A stretch of DNA of 63,803 bases, filler included, from Octopus bimaculoides (Eukaryota): the NCBI RefSeq assembly GCF_001194135.2. It is 5 parts of 5 records of this genome, joined end to end, with 100 filler letters (N's around TTAATTAATTAA, not from the genome) between each part and the next. Parts side by side here need not be neighbours in the genome. Positions count along the whole stretch, not along the records: positions 1 to 14,919 come from NC_068985.1; positions 15,020 to 31,420 come from NC_068999.1; 3 more parts are not named here. One strand, 5' to 3'. Of the stretch, positions 10,640 through 23,645 are shown piece by piece. Each line of letters opens with the position of its first letter. Within the stretch, counting starts at the first letter, position 1. The notes below the pieces were generated by a model. The model was given only the letters and a program-made list of their open reading frames with translations, had not been told where the DNA came from and searched no databases. Both the position numbers and the translations under genes were made by a program.

Positions 10640-11599
10640 ATCTTGGGTGTTGTAAGGATGGGTTGGTTGTTAAATGAAAGTTGATAAATACATATGTGGA
10701 GTAGAAAATGTTGTATGAAGTGCTAACCTGGTAAGGTCTGTAGCTCTGTCAACATGGGTTGTTTGAAAATAAAATGGTAAATTGTTGCATCTTCACTTCT
10801 GTCTTTGAGTCCAGAGAAGTAGTAAGGGTGCTGGCATGACATAGACAGAGAAGGAAGTGTAGAGATGGGAGAACATCATCACTACATTTAGTATAAACAA
10901 AACATGTGATAAAATTGTGTTGTCTTGGCAGTCAAGGATACAAATAATAAAATGTGACAGATAAAACAAACAAAAATTTAGCCTCCCTCAACTGTCTCAT
11001 AAAGCAAACTACTCTTTGGCCATCTTTAAGATAGTGTGTTAAAGCTTAATGCTAGTATTGTTGTTATATATACTTTTATATATATTGATCTTATATGCAC
11101 AGAAATAGATAGATAAATAGATAGATAAAGGAGAGGGGGAGAGTGGAGGGAGGGAGAAAAGGCTGTGTGGAAAATCAGAGGAAAATAGTTTTTTCTAGAA
11201 CTAATGAATTCTAGAATAGAAATTTAGATTTAAATGAAATTATCACATGGCTTCCTGATTAGGATGTGTATCGTCACATGTAAACATATTCATTTCATCT
11301 GTTGTGTATGCTTGTTTCTTGCTGCTGCTGCTGTCGTTATTTTTGTTCTTGTTGTTGTAAGTGTTTCCCTATCCTCAGCTCTTCCTGAGTTACTACAGAT
11401 TGAGTAAACAATCAAAGCTGAAAAGCTGTGACCATCCTGTTGTTTTTTTAAATTATTTTTTTCAGACAGTGTATTTAGGACATTTGTACCTAACAATTTA
11501 ATTTTTTTTCAAATAGTAGAAGTGTGATGTGTGGGAGATTTGGTTACTACTTCAAGTAGAATATTTTGTCCGTGTAAGAGCATGTGTGTGTATGTGTGC

Positions 11600-11632
<33 letters not shown>

Positions 11633-12144
11633 GTGCACGCGTATATGCCTGCTTTAATAAAAATGTGAGTAAAATGCATATGGTTGCACACACATTAACT
11701 CTGTAAGTGAAAATAGATGTATGAAGGAGTATTTACATGTAACTAACATGAAAGATAATGAGATAGGGAGGAGAAGTAAAAGAGGGGATGGAAGAGAAAG
11801 AGGGGCATTATAGAACTGGCACATACAATTGTTCTCATCATTGTTTCCATGCTTACACATGTGCATACATACAAGAGGCAAAAATCATGTACTGTCATCA
11901 GATCAGCTGCCTAGTAGATGTGAATGTCTCACCAATAATTGGGGGAAAAGGTAGACATCTATCGAGAACTAAAGAAAAACAAACAGCTCTTATATCAAGG
12001 CTGTATGTATACTTTTTTGAATTTGTTCCTGTTATCAGAGGCGCACAGAGCTACATAACAACAGATTTGTATGAAAGCCTATGAACACTGGGTTCTCCTA
12101 GAAATAACAAAGCAAACTGACTCTCATTCAGTCAAATTGTAGAG

Positions 12145-12420
12145 CTGTGGTTCTCATCTCATATGGCCATTGGGGGTCGATATGGCCCTAGGGGGTCCAT
12201 ATGAGATTTTGTTGTTAAAATTTATCTGCAATAAATTGCTTATACTTCTACAATACACAAAATATTTCAGTAATTATTTTTGTACGATTCCAAATAATAT
12301 TTCCTTATAAAAGTATAATGGGATTTTTTTAACATCAAATGGCAGTGAGAGTCCATCCAAATAAAATAGGAATCAAAGAGGGTCCACAAGTAAAAAAAAA
12401 AAAGTGGTTGTGAAATACTG
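12145..12420 (+). mobile_element. Probable hAT-type MITE
   Basis: Degenerate ends CTGTGGTTCTCA...GGTTGTGAAATACTG resemble CAGTGGTTCTCAACC TIRs. Partial related copies lie near 2040-2168 and 5003-5095. No clean TSD. Confidence 0.45.
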
Positions 12421-12863
12421 GTATAAAGTGAAATTTGTGAAACAACCCAGAGATTCTTCATTTGAGGTCTCAGGACTGAAAACATGCACCCAATTAAATG
12501 TACCTATAGAATAGTTCACTCAGCTGTAGAAATGAGTTTCCATGTCACTGGTGCCAAGCTACTTTATTGGCCATTGTCTTTCGTTTTGACAACATTGGTG
12601 GCATGAAGATGGAAGACTGATATACTGGCCTTTCACATACAGCCTTGCCCAAACTTGTGCCTCGAAGGGGTACTTTCTATGTTCAATCCTATGGTCATTC
12701 GTGAGTGAAAGAGGTTTTGCCATTCATGGTCGCTGTCAGTACGTATGTATACAATTATGTGCATTGACTGCAGCATCAGAGTGCTTTAGCACTTATTTAT
12801 AGCATTGTATGTGTTCTAACACCCTCAGTCATGAAGTAGTTGTATGCTGTCAACTTAATATGA

Positions 12864-13219
12864 CAGTCCCCTGAAGGGAATAATACTATTGTTGGTTAGA
12901 CCTAGGAAGCTGCACTGCTTCCTGTCAGCCTTGACACATTTCCTGTGTCCTTATCTTTACAAGGGGGAGAATGTATTTCACTAGAATCATTATATGTTTA
13001 CAAGAGCTTGACAGGCATCTTCGACTAGCAGGTCATGCTACTCCAGACTGATGATGAGCAAAGACTCAGAAACATGTCTCTGGATGCAGGCTTAGCTAAG
13101 TGGAGGTGCTTGTCTCCCCCTTGTAAACATAAGGACACAGGAAATGTGTTAAGGCCGACAGGAAGCAGTGCAGCTTCCTAGGTCTAACCAACAGTAGTAT
13201 TATTCCCTGCAGGGGACTG
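12864..13219. mobile_element. Foldback element: 107-bp inverted arms around a 142-nt loop containing a hammerhead ribozyme
   Basis: 12864-12970 is the reverse complement of 13113-13219 with 5 mismatches. The right arm runs into an N gap. Confidence 0.9.
13042..13084 (+). ncRNA. Minimal type I hammerhead ribozyme (HHR-1)
   Basis: Stem I TCCAGA/TCTGGA; core CTGATGA; stem II TGAG-CAAAGA-CTCA; GAAA; palindromic stem III ACATGT; GTC cleavage triplet (cut after 13078). Confidence 0.85.
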
Positions 13220-13477
13220 NNNNNNNNNNNNNNNNNNNNNNNNNNNNNNNNNNNNNNNNNNNNNNNNNNNNNNNNNNNNNNNNNNNNNNNNNNNNNNNNN
13301 NNNNNNNNNNNNNNNNNNNNNNNNNNNNNNNNNNNNNNNNNNNNNNNNNNNNNNNNNNNNNNNNNNNNNNNNNNNNNNNNNNNNNNNNNNNNNNNNNNNN
13401 NNNNNNNNNNNNNNNNNNNNNNNNNNNNNNNNNNNNNNNNNNNNNNNNNNNNNNNNNNNNNNNNNNNNNNNNNNNNN

Positions 13478-13508
<31 letters not shown>

Positions 13509-13832
13509 TAGATAGATAGATATACATATATATATATATATATATATTTCTTTATTTGTGAATTAAGGCTACCATTGGTTTCATGTTAAGAAAAGTAGGG
13601 GATCTAGATGGTTTGGCAGCCAGCATTTCAAAAATTAAAGTTTATCAAAATAGAAAAATATCCTAGTATCTTAACAATTTCTCAAGCCAATCACATGGAG
13701 AAAGGTGTTCACCTCCATTTTAGAAAACTGTATCATTTTGTTCACAGGGTTTCTCATAAATTCATGTAAATAAAATAATGAATTGATGAATCAAGGCATC
13801 ATGAGCCTATATATCTGTGATACGAGCCTGTA

Positions 13833-14269
13833 TATCTGTTCACACTATACGAAAACAATCATATTGTGTACAAATATTGATGACGTAATATTTAACTATG
13901 GTCATTTGTTAGCAGTTTTGATTCATCATCCTTTAGTAGCTTTCAACACATTAACACACGAGTACAAGTAGGCAATGTAAATATTACATATACATAACTA
14001 TCGTTTTTAAAATAAAAAAATTATAATAATAATAATTTATTATTTAACTATAATTTCTAGACTGCAACTGGATAACTTATAATTAAATTTCTTAAGTGGT
14101 TAAATATTTTAATGACATTTTGATCTATCATAAGTGATAGTTTCATTTAGGAATAATGTTTTTTTTTTAAGCTTCTAGTTTAAAGTAATCGTATTGAAAT
14201 ATCGTTTAAGCTAACTAACGGATATTTTGTTTTTGTTTTTCAACACATTACACACACATGTGCACAAAT
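13833..14269 (+). repeat. Second copy of the 9265-9684 repeat
   Basis: Shared blocks such as TTATTTAACTATAATT.CTAGA, GACATTTTGATCTATCATAAGT and TTCAACACATTA. Confidence 0.75.
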
Positions 14270-14514
14270 GCATTAAACAAGTTAGCATTTACAAAAGTAA
14301 TGTTTTATTTTAAATACATTGGTTGCTGAAACGCACATATTTGAGTCTATCAAATTCTTCACCTGATGGAATACCTAATTAATGATATCCAATATGGAAA
14401 TTTAATTTAATTTAATTGCTTAAATTGATTCAGGCAAAATTAAGTTTAATATTGTTCAGAATTATGTTCTAATAAATTGGTGTCCATATGCCAGTTTCTC
14501 CATTTTCCTTTATT

Positions 14515-14554
<40 letters not shown>

Positions 14555-14683
14555 TATTTAGATCTCTACCAAATATTTGGTAAAAATATTATACCTGTTA
14601 TCAACGTAGCAACAAAATTCTCATATGAAAGGTCATTAAACAAGTTTTTACGATGGATCGCGTTATAGCTCTTATTCAAACTG

Positions 14684-14918
14684 ATCATCATCATCATCAT
14701 CATCATCGTTTAACGTCCGCTTTCCATGCTAGCATGGGTTGGACGATTTGACTGAGGACTGGTGAAACCGGATGGCAACACCAGGCTCCAGTCTAATTTG
14801 GCAGAGTTTCTACAGCTGGATGCCCTTCCTAACGCCAACCACTCAGAGAGTGTAGTGGGTGCTTTTACGTGTCACCCGCACGAAAACGGCCACGCTCGAA
14901 ATGGTGTCTTTTATGTGC
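14684..14918 (-). mobile_element. RTE-tail-type non-autonomous element / LINE 3' end with (GAT)n tail
   Basis: (CAT)n followed by GCTGGATGCCCTTCCTAACGCCAACCAC, typical of RTE 3' UTRs. A related plus-strand piece lies at about 61700-61855. Confidence 0.7.
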
Positions 14919-16699
14919 CNNNNNNNNNNNNNNNNNNNNNNNNNNNNNNNNNNNNNNNNNNNNTTAATTAATTAANNNNNNNNNNNNNNNNNNNNNNNNN
15001 NNNNNNNNNNNNNNNNNNNTATATATATATGCGTATGTATATACATATTTATATATATATATACACACATAAATACATACGTTATCTCCCTCTCTCTATT
15101 ATATATATACATGAAAATTAAGATATTTAAAGCATTAAGTAAATTATAGTTACTTCTAAGTAATATATTAATTAAAATTATTATTATTATAGACAAAATA
15201 TCCGGTACCCAAACAATCGCCCATGCACAAATCACACCCTTGTATACACATTGGTTAGTTTCCACAACACATATAAATACACAAACTCATAGAGGCAATC
15301 ATTACAAATAATTAAAGCACACACACNNNNNNNNNNATTTAATTAAATAGTGAGTTATTATGATATTTTATCTGTTATTTACATAAATATTTAAATACAA
15401 TTAACCTCTGTATTACAGTGTCTGCTAATGTATATTCGGAAAGACATCGGTTATTACCTGATAAACATACAGATCAAAAGAAATATATGCTCATGTTTGT
15501 GTATACATATTAAGCACTTATAGGCATACAGACTTTATATATACATACAAAAATACACACACACACACACGGACACATACGCATATAAGTGCAAATGATA
15601 AATAGGTATGTATGTAGAATCACACACATACATGAATGTGTACATCTGCGTCTATACATACGTAGAAAGATAGGATGTAACGTATGATGTGTCTCCGTAT
15701 TTGTATTATGTATATGTCAGCCTTTATATACATGTGTGTGTATGTATATANNNNNNNNNNNNNNNNNNNNNNNNNNNNNNNNNNNNNNNNNNNNNNNNNN
15801 NNNNNNNNNNNNNNNNNNNNNNNNNNNNNNNNNNNNNNNNNNNNNNNNNNNNNNNNNNNNNNNNNNNNNNNNNNNNNNNNNNNNNNNNNNNNNNNNNNNN
15901 NNNNNNNNNNNNNNNNNNNNNNNNNNNNNNNNNNNNNNNNNNNNNNNNNNNNNNNNNNNNNNNNNNNNNNNNNNNNNNNNNNNNNNNNNNNNNNNNNNNN
16001 NNNNNNNNNNNNNNNNNNNNNNNNNNNNNNNNNNNNNNNNNNNNNNNNNNNNNNNNNNNNNNNNNNNNNNNNNNNNNNNNNNNNNNNNNNNNNNNNNNNN
16101 NNNNNNNNNNNNNNNNNNNNNNNNNNNNNNNNNNNNNNNNNNNNNNNNNNNNNNNNNNNNNNNNNNNNNNNNNNNNNNNNNNNNNNNNNNNNNNNNNNNN
16201 NNNNNNNNNNNNNNNNNNNNNNNNNNNNNNNNNNNNNNNNNNNNNNNNNNNNNNNNNNNNNNNNNNNNNNNNNNNNNNNNNNNNNNNNNNNNNNNNNNNN
16301 NNNNNNNNNNNNNNNNNNNNNNNNNNNNNNNNNNNNNNNNNNNNNNNNNNNNNNNNNNNNNNNNNNNNNNNNNNNNNNNNNNNNNNNNNNNNNNNNNNNN
16401 NNNNNNNNNNNNNNNNNNNNNNNNNNNNNNNNNNNNNNNNNNNNNNNNNNNNNNNNNNNNNNNNNNNNNNNNNNNNNNNNNNNNNNNNNNNNNNNNNNNN
16501 NNNNNNNNNNNNNNNNNNNNNNNNNNNNNNNNNNNNNNNNNNNNNNNNNNNNNNNNNNNNNNNNNNNNNNNNNNNNNNNNNNNNNNNNNNNNNNNNNNNN
16601 NNNNNNNNNNNNNNNNNNNNNNNNNNNNNNNNNNNNNNNNNNNNNNNNNNNNNNNNNNNNNNNNNNNNNNNNNNNNNNNNNNNNNNNNNNNNNNNNNNN

Positions 16700-16733
<34 letters not shown>

Positions 16734-16900
16734 CAACCATATGTATGGCTGTATGTACATGTATGCATATATACATACACACATAGACATATAGATAGAA
16801 AGATACATCGATATTTAGCGACATAAATGCATAGCTACATATATATGCATGCATACACATACATATATACATACATATATTTATACATATATATACTTTT

Positions 16901-17285
16901 ATCCTTTTATTCGTTTACTTGCTTCATTTGGCTGGAGACATGGTAGATCACTACATTTCAGTTGAAGAAACCGACCACGGGATTTATATTACGTAAGCGT
17001 GGTACTTATTTTATCAGTCTCTTCTGGCGAACCACTTGATGCAGACGGTAAACACACCAACATATGTTGTCAAATGATTGGGAAGTAGGACAAACACAGA
17101 CACAATAACACGCACATATACGACGGGCTTCCTTTAGTTTCCGTCTTCCACATCAACTCACAAGGTTTTTGGTCGGTCCGAAATTATAGTAGATGACACC
17201 TGCCCAAGTTGGCACGTTGTGGGACTGAACCTGGAACAACGAGGTTGGGAAGCAAGCTTCTTGCCACAGAGCCAATCCTGTGCCT
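16901..17285 (-). mobile_element. SINE-like family A, full length
   Basis: Same head, body and tail as 5541-5912. Confidence 0.8.
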
Positions 17286-17288
17286 ATG

Positions 17289-17377
<89 letters not shown>

Positions 17378-18344
17378 TGCTTTCATTAATTTCGGATTAT
17401 AGTAGATTAAATTTTATATTTTAAACATCAGCAATACAGTATACATTTCCAAAAGTACATATTTATTATCCACCTACAAGAAAATCGCGATATCAAAATC
17501 TGGTCGGCTAGCCTCAGAGTCCTTTACATTGAGGCCACTGTCATTACGCCTCTCTTAAAGTAAATGTGTGTGTGTGTTTAGGCATATTTACTGATTATTC
17601 CACAGGCACTTAAAGCTTCTATGCAATATTGAGGCAGTATCAGCTGTGGAGAAGTTGGCCTTTGATCCGGCCTTTTAAACTACAGATAAAATGTATTAGA
17701 CCATGGAATTGTGTTCCCCTAACAGATAGACTATATTCTGTGTTTCAAATCAATGTTCTATACATTAATTTAAAAAAATGGCATAACACATATCGTTTAC
17801 GAATTTGGAGCAGTTTTAAATTTCTGTTTGCCACTAATAATATATAAACACGTATACATATTTATTTTATGCTCAGTAATAATAAAAAAACAATTTTACT
17901 TTAATCTCATGGCTTACTCTAGACATTTGTAAAATACAAAATTATTATTCTTATAAGAGTATATAGTTGACTGTGTCTTAGACGTTTCGGGTAGCTAAGC
18001 CGTCGTCGTATTGCAATGAATTACAGGAGGTCTTGCCTTTATACTCTCTGTTTTGAGTTTAAAATATCTTTTGATATGTGGATTTGAGTGGGGTGGCAAT
18101 TAGGATTTCATAGTCGGTCGCTATGCAAATGTGTTTAGGAAATAATTTTCTAGTCATTAAATTTGGGGTTATGTTATTGTTTAGAATTTATTCATGCATA
18201 GAGAAGCATTTTTGCCGCCTTCAGTATCGTTAGAATTAAAATCCGACCCCAATGTTCCACTGGTACTTAGTTTATCGAACCCGAAAGGATGAAAGACAAA
18301 GTCGATGTAATTTGGGCTTAGAACGTGAGGACAGACAAATTGCC

Positions 18345-18376
18345 GATGACGATGATGATGATGATGATGAAGATGG

Positions 18377-18430
<54 letters not shown>

Positions 18431-18560
18431 CGACGACGATGACGACAATGATGATGATGGTGATGGTGGTGGTGGTGATGACGTTGATGAAAACGATGGT
18501 GGCGGTTCTGATAAGGATTATGGTGGTGATGATCACGACGACAACGATGATGATGATGAA
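18345..18560. repeat. (GAT)n/(GGT)n trinucleotide tract
   Basis: Seen directly; it explains the poly-D, poly-M and poly-I ORFs in the track. Confidence 0.95.
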
Positions 18561-18599
18561 AAATAATAATACATTTGTGTGTGCCCGTATATGCTTACC

Positions 18600-18676
<77 letters not shown>

Positions 18677-19740
18677 TATACCTGCATACATATATACATG
18701 TTTATATTCACGTATACACACCCTGGTATATACGCTCACATGTGTTTGCTTTCGATTATTTATATGGTTCACATTCATTGTTGTCTAACCTGTTAGCTCA
18801 ATACTTATTTTCATGTGTTTCTATAGATGGCGCTTTTATCGCTCTATTTTACAATGACATGACTATGGCGCGTCCACACATCCTGTATATTAAATTTAGC
18901 TAGGTGTCAAAATTTCCCTTCAGCATTATTTACCTTGACCCCCCCCCTCTCATTCGCAACCTCATCCAAACTTCACCGCCATTATATATCACACGACTTC
19001 TCTCTCACTCTTAACTCACCGTTTCTCCTTCTCTGCCATTCCCCGCTTTACACTCCCTCTCACTCATCTCTTTAACAAATTAGACCACTAAGCTTTTTCG
19101 TGTAGTTGGTGTGACAATTAATGGCTTTTTTTTTTTTTTTTTCGTTTCTCGGTTTTATTCTTAGTCTTTCTTTTACGATTTTTATATTTTCGCTGTCACT
19201 GGGGAGGTTATACATTGTAATTGCGGAGTAAACCACCAGTTTTAAGGCCCGCTTTCAAATGCTCTTTAACTATTTCCTTATTATTCCTGACATGAAATCA
19301 TTTATTTTATTTATCATTTATTTTTCCTTGCTCTAAGCGTACATGCAAATAAGAAACAGAAGCGAAGAGATCTCAAGTACGTTCCTCATATTATATCATT
19401 CAGTTCACTGAAAAAATTGAAATCGTTTAATCAAATCTACTGTATTAGCCATCTTACAAAAATATATTTTAGATCATGCTTATCTATGACACACATGGGT
19501 GTGTGTATGTGTGTACATTATTTTGTTCGTTTGCTTACTTCAGTCATCAAAGTGCGGCCATTTTGGGGCAGCGCTTTGAGAAATTTTATTCGAAAGAATA
19601 GACGCTAGTACTTATTTTTTTGTTAGGTTTGGTACTTATTGAATTGGTTTCTTTGGCCGAGCCGCTAAGTTGCGAAGACATACACGCACGCCAAAGCCAA
19701 TTTATAAGCGCTGCTAGGGGACATGCACAGACAAACAGAA

Positions 19741-19781
<41 letters not shown>

Positions 19782-19873
19782 NNNNNNNNNNNNNNNNNNN
19801 NNNNNNNNNNNNNNNNNNNNNNNNNNNNNNNNNNNNNNNNNNNNNNNNNNNNNNNNNNNNNNNNNNNNNNNNN

Positions 19874-19916
<43 letters not shown>

Positions 19917-21050
19917 ATAAGGCTTAATATAACATACACTTTCGCTGTATTGTATAAATAGCGAAATATGCAAGTAGAACGTAGAAAAGGTAAACTGAAA
20001 AGGACAAACGGATTTGAAAATCCCCTTTCCTATGTCAAGCACAGATAATAACTAAACATATCAATCGAAATACTATGAGCGGTTCTCAAATTAACGTTAA
20101 TATACGCACTAACATAGCATCTTCATTTAGACATACGTAGGTCATTCTAGAACTTGTGTCCAAGCAAACACAATCCTGACCTATATTTCCGATCGAATCT
20201 CTATCAGAGGAACTTGAAATTAAAGTGTAAATAACTAGTTAAAGATTTCTTTCTCAACACATCATCTTCTGTGTTTGAGCTTTGGAAGAATGAAAGTGAA
20301 CCCCCGTTATACGGGAAACAAAACCGTGAAGTCTTTATGAAATTTCGCAAAGCGTTATACCTGCCAAACATAGAGTCTGGTAGCTTTCGCACTTACAATT
20401 CTATTAAGATGTGATTATGCACACACAATATATCATGTGTTTGTTGAAAAATAATAGTCACAACGACAAGATATAACGTATTTCTAAATACTGATTTTTC
20501 ACTGTTTGGTTTCTTTGTGCGCTTATTAAAGTACTATACTTTATTTACATATAGAGTAAATATTACTTTTAACCATCCATATATTTATGCAGCTTCGAAT
20601 ACATACAGGTACAGATACAACTTATATAGGTTTGTGCTTTTATACACATACAAATAATCATACACGCACATACTTTTGTGTGTGAATGTGTGTCTGTGAG
20701 CGTAATTGTCTATGTATGTACCTACGTTTACATTAATTCACATACACACACACGCTTAATACCGCAAATGTCTATATAAACTCACATTCCCACATATACG
20801 TGTGTGTATGTGTGTGCGCGTATGTGGGTGCATATGCCTATATATATATGTGTGTGTGGGTGTGGGTGTGTGTGCGTATTCTTCTGCGTGTGTATGTTTG
20901 TTTTATATACATTTATTATGCATGCAGGCAAAACGAATATAGCTGTCCAAATATTTACTTAACTATGTTTAGCTGTGTTAGACGGATAGATGGTTAAGTT
21001 AGTTTGTTTTTAGGGATGAAGGGACTACTAGTATCGCCACTACCATCACC

Positions 21051-21081
<31 letters not shown>

Positions 21082-21265
21082 ATAATAATAATAATAATTG
21101 CACCAACTGGAACGTTACAAAAACAGGCTGACACGCAAATCTGTAGCACAAGGTGAAGACAACGACTCATTTTGACTTAGTCTGTAAATCTACCTCGGTG
21201 GATATTAAGTACGGCCAGTCAGGTAAGTTTTAACAAGCAGGTAGATATGAAAGTTAAGATCGGCT

Positions 21266-21370
21266 GGTAGGTAGGTAGGTAGGTAGGTAGGTAGGTAGGT
21301 ATGACGGTAGGTAGGTAAGTAGGTAGGTAGGTAGATAGGTAGGTAGGTAGATAGGTAGGTAGGTGGGTAG
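21266..21370. repeat. (GGTA)n tetranucleotide tract
   Basis: Seen directly in the sequence. Confidence 0.95.
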
Positions 21371-22093
21371 GATTGTTGGTTGACAGGTATGCACTGGAGG
21401 TGAAGTAGGCAGAGGGTGATGCTAGGTGAATGACAACAACACCAGCTGCTTGTTATAGACTTATATGCCTAGAAGAAGCAGGTGATAACTAAATGATCTT
21501 CAACAGACAGCAACGAACGAAAAAAAATAATAATAAATGAAATCCTAATGTAAATTAGTGTTTAAGATGTTTAAGGATGAATTTATGGGATTTGCAATGA
21601 GGTTTATAGGTAGTGAGGACTTTAAAATAGATGAGAAAATTAAAGGATAATAATATGATGTCGGTGTTTGCGTTATCTATTTATTTATTTAGTTCCTTTC
21701 GATGGAAAAATAAAATAGAATGACTTGCTCCGTAATTAAGATTCACCAGGACCCAACGCCTCTAGCGTCGGACAAACATATTTCAGTTTACTAATTTTAT
21801 TTACATTTCGCTGACCGGCCCGTGGATGGGGAAGCAATAACAGAAACGAATAAATATATTACAATTAAGTGAGCTTTTATTTTTTTTAATACGTTCACAA
21901 TGCTATTCTTGATATTTTCATTTATTGCTTTTTATTTTTCATCATTGCCTTTTGGGGTCGAGCAGATTACAGATGTAGTAGGCGAGTACTTCGAATGATT
22001 TGTTTGTTTTTTCCTCCCCTTCTTTAGGAGAATGCCTGGTTTGATGATTTTGTAATGATTCTTGCGTTTTTTTTTGTTCATTATTATTTACAG

Positions 22094-22407
22094 CAATTTC
22101 TTTCTTCTTGCCTTTAATGAATCTATCATTCGTATAGATTTCGGCCATAAATATCCCCGCCTCTCTCTCAGAAGACGATGGATCAGCGTCCTAAGTGATT
22201 GCAGGAAGAGGTAAATCTCTATACAATCTTGTTGAGTCTTCATCATGATTCTGTGTCTGGGAAGTTTCTCTACAAGGCGCAAGGGTGGGTCATTTTCACT
22301 GTTAATGCTTCATTTATTTTGCTTTGATTATTATTTTTTTTTTTTCAGGGAAGATCAGCAGTCTCTTGGCACACGAAAGAATGTGACACTCAGACGGTTA
22401 CGACGAA
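22094..22407 (+). other. Candidate spliced exon pair (22094-22210 and 22349-22407), product unknown
   Basis: TTTACAG|...GAG|GTAAAT, then T-run-CAG|...GAA|GTGAGT. The joined frame is open: NFFLLAFNESIIRIDFGHKYPRLSLRRRWISVLSDCRKREDQQSLGTRKNVTLRRLRR. I recognise no family. Confidence 0.2.
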
Positions 22408-23645
22408 GTGAGTTCCAGGAGAGCCGATCAACCTCAAGAACCCCTCAGACAGGTGTCCCTTAACGTAGTTCCAACGGAGATTCAGCTTGAAATAGACGAT
22501 GACAAGGTTGGTCCTTTGAAATACTGATAAAGCTCATTTTTGCCAGTTGAGTAATCTCCAGCAACATGGAAAAAGTACATGGCTCGAAAACACAACACAC
22601 CATCGGTAATCGAACCCACGATTGTGAGGTAAATGACCTAACCGGTAAGCCACGTGACTTCACTTTACATTCCAAACGCAGATGCTGACCAGTGGAAAAT
22701 TTCCCAGCAATATCGACTTCGTGAAAAACATTTTGTAATAAGAATCATTAGTTTCAATTATCAATTAGCAATAGTTGAGAAATGCATGGCAGACTTCATC
22801 CAATCAAATATTCATCAAAATATTTGTGAGGTGGGAGTTCGACGTGTGGCAAGTACAGTGACACCATTTCTTAAGTTTCGGCCTTATTAAAGAGGCATAG
22901 GTAGATATATTCATATATAACCAAGTAACTGAAGGAGTGAAAATTTTCATTATATTACTTGAACAAATAATGTTTCATTTTCCTTTAGGTGTTTCGGTCA
23001 TTGGACTGAGACAACGTTAGGGCACCAACTGCAAGTATTTAATTTATTAAATCAACTCTGGTGTTTAAGTTTTATGTGCGGTTCGCTCATTGCCTGTCTG
23101 CTTTGACCAACCGGTAGTTGATAGTTAAATACGAACTTGTGCCACTAATACATACGCAATATTATTATGTCGCACTGGTACAAAAATTATAACACTCGAC
23201 GCAATTTTTACTGGCACAAAAATATACAGCTAATATTTTTATGATATTAAATGAAATAGAATTTTCCTTTTTAATCTATATTTTTATATGGATCACAGAT
23301 TAAATGAAACACATTTTCTTACAGAAATAAAAGAAACCAATCAGATTTTCATGCAAAATGTGATGTATTTACCACAAAATATCGATTTAAAATTTCGGTT
23401 TAGAAAAAAGTTCACGATTATTTATAGTACACTATTTATCGATTACTCGCATTCTTCTCCGTTTCTTTTTTTCTGATTTGTTTTTCTTTATAATTTTTCG
23501 GTATATTTTCTTTCTTGAAATTTCAGAAACAAAAATCAATATTTTTACATGGGAATTGAACCTCTCCTCATAAGTCTTGTATCATGTTGTTCCATATGCA
23601 TCGTTCCCATATATATTCAGTATTGTATTGATCGGTACGTATATA

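Noticed and set aside
14964-14975. TTAATTAATTAA islands between N runs (also 31465, 55734, 61993, and partial at 15338)
   Set aside because: An identical 12-mer flanked by similar-length N runs indicates a scaffolding or linker artefact, not a biological motif.
15620-16872. Long ORFs of 350-386 aa (also at 41849-42859 and 60013-61177)
   Set aside because: They consist of N gaps plus (AT)n/(GT)n translations and carry no coding evidence.
17965-18015. Minus-strand ACGACGA-CGG...CCC-GAAACGTC
   Set aside because: The core is mutated and stem I is unpaired; at best a dead relic.
18252-18903. Poly-Asp, poly-Met and poly-Ile ORFs
   Set aside because: They are translations of a (GAT)n tract fused to a SINE fragment.
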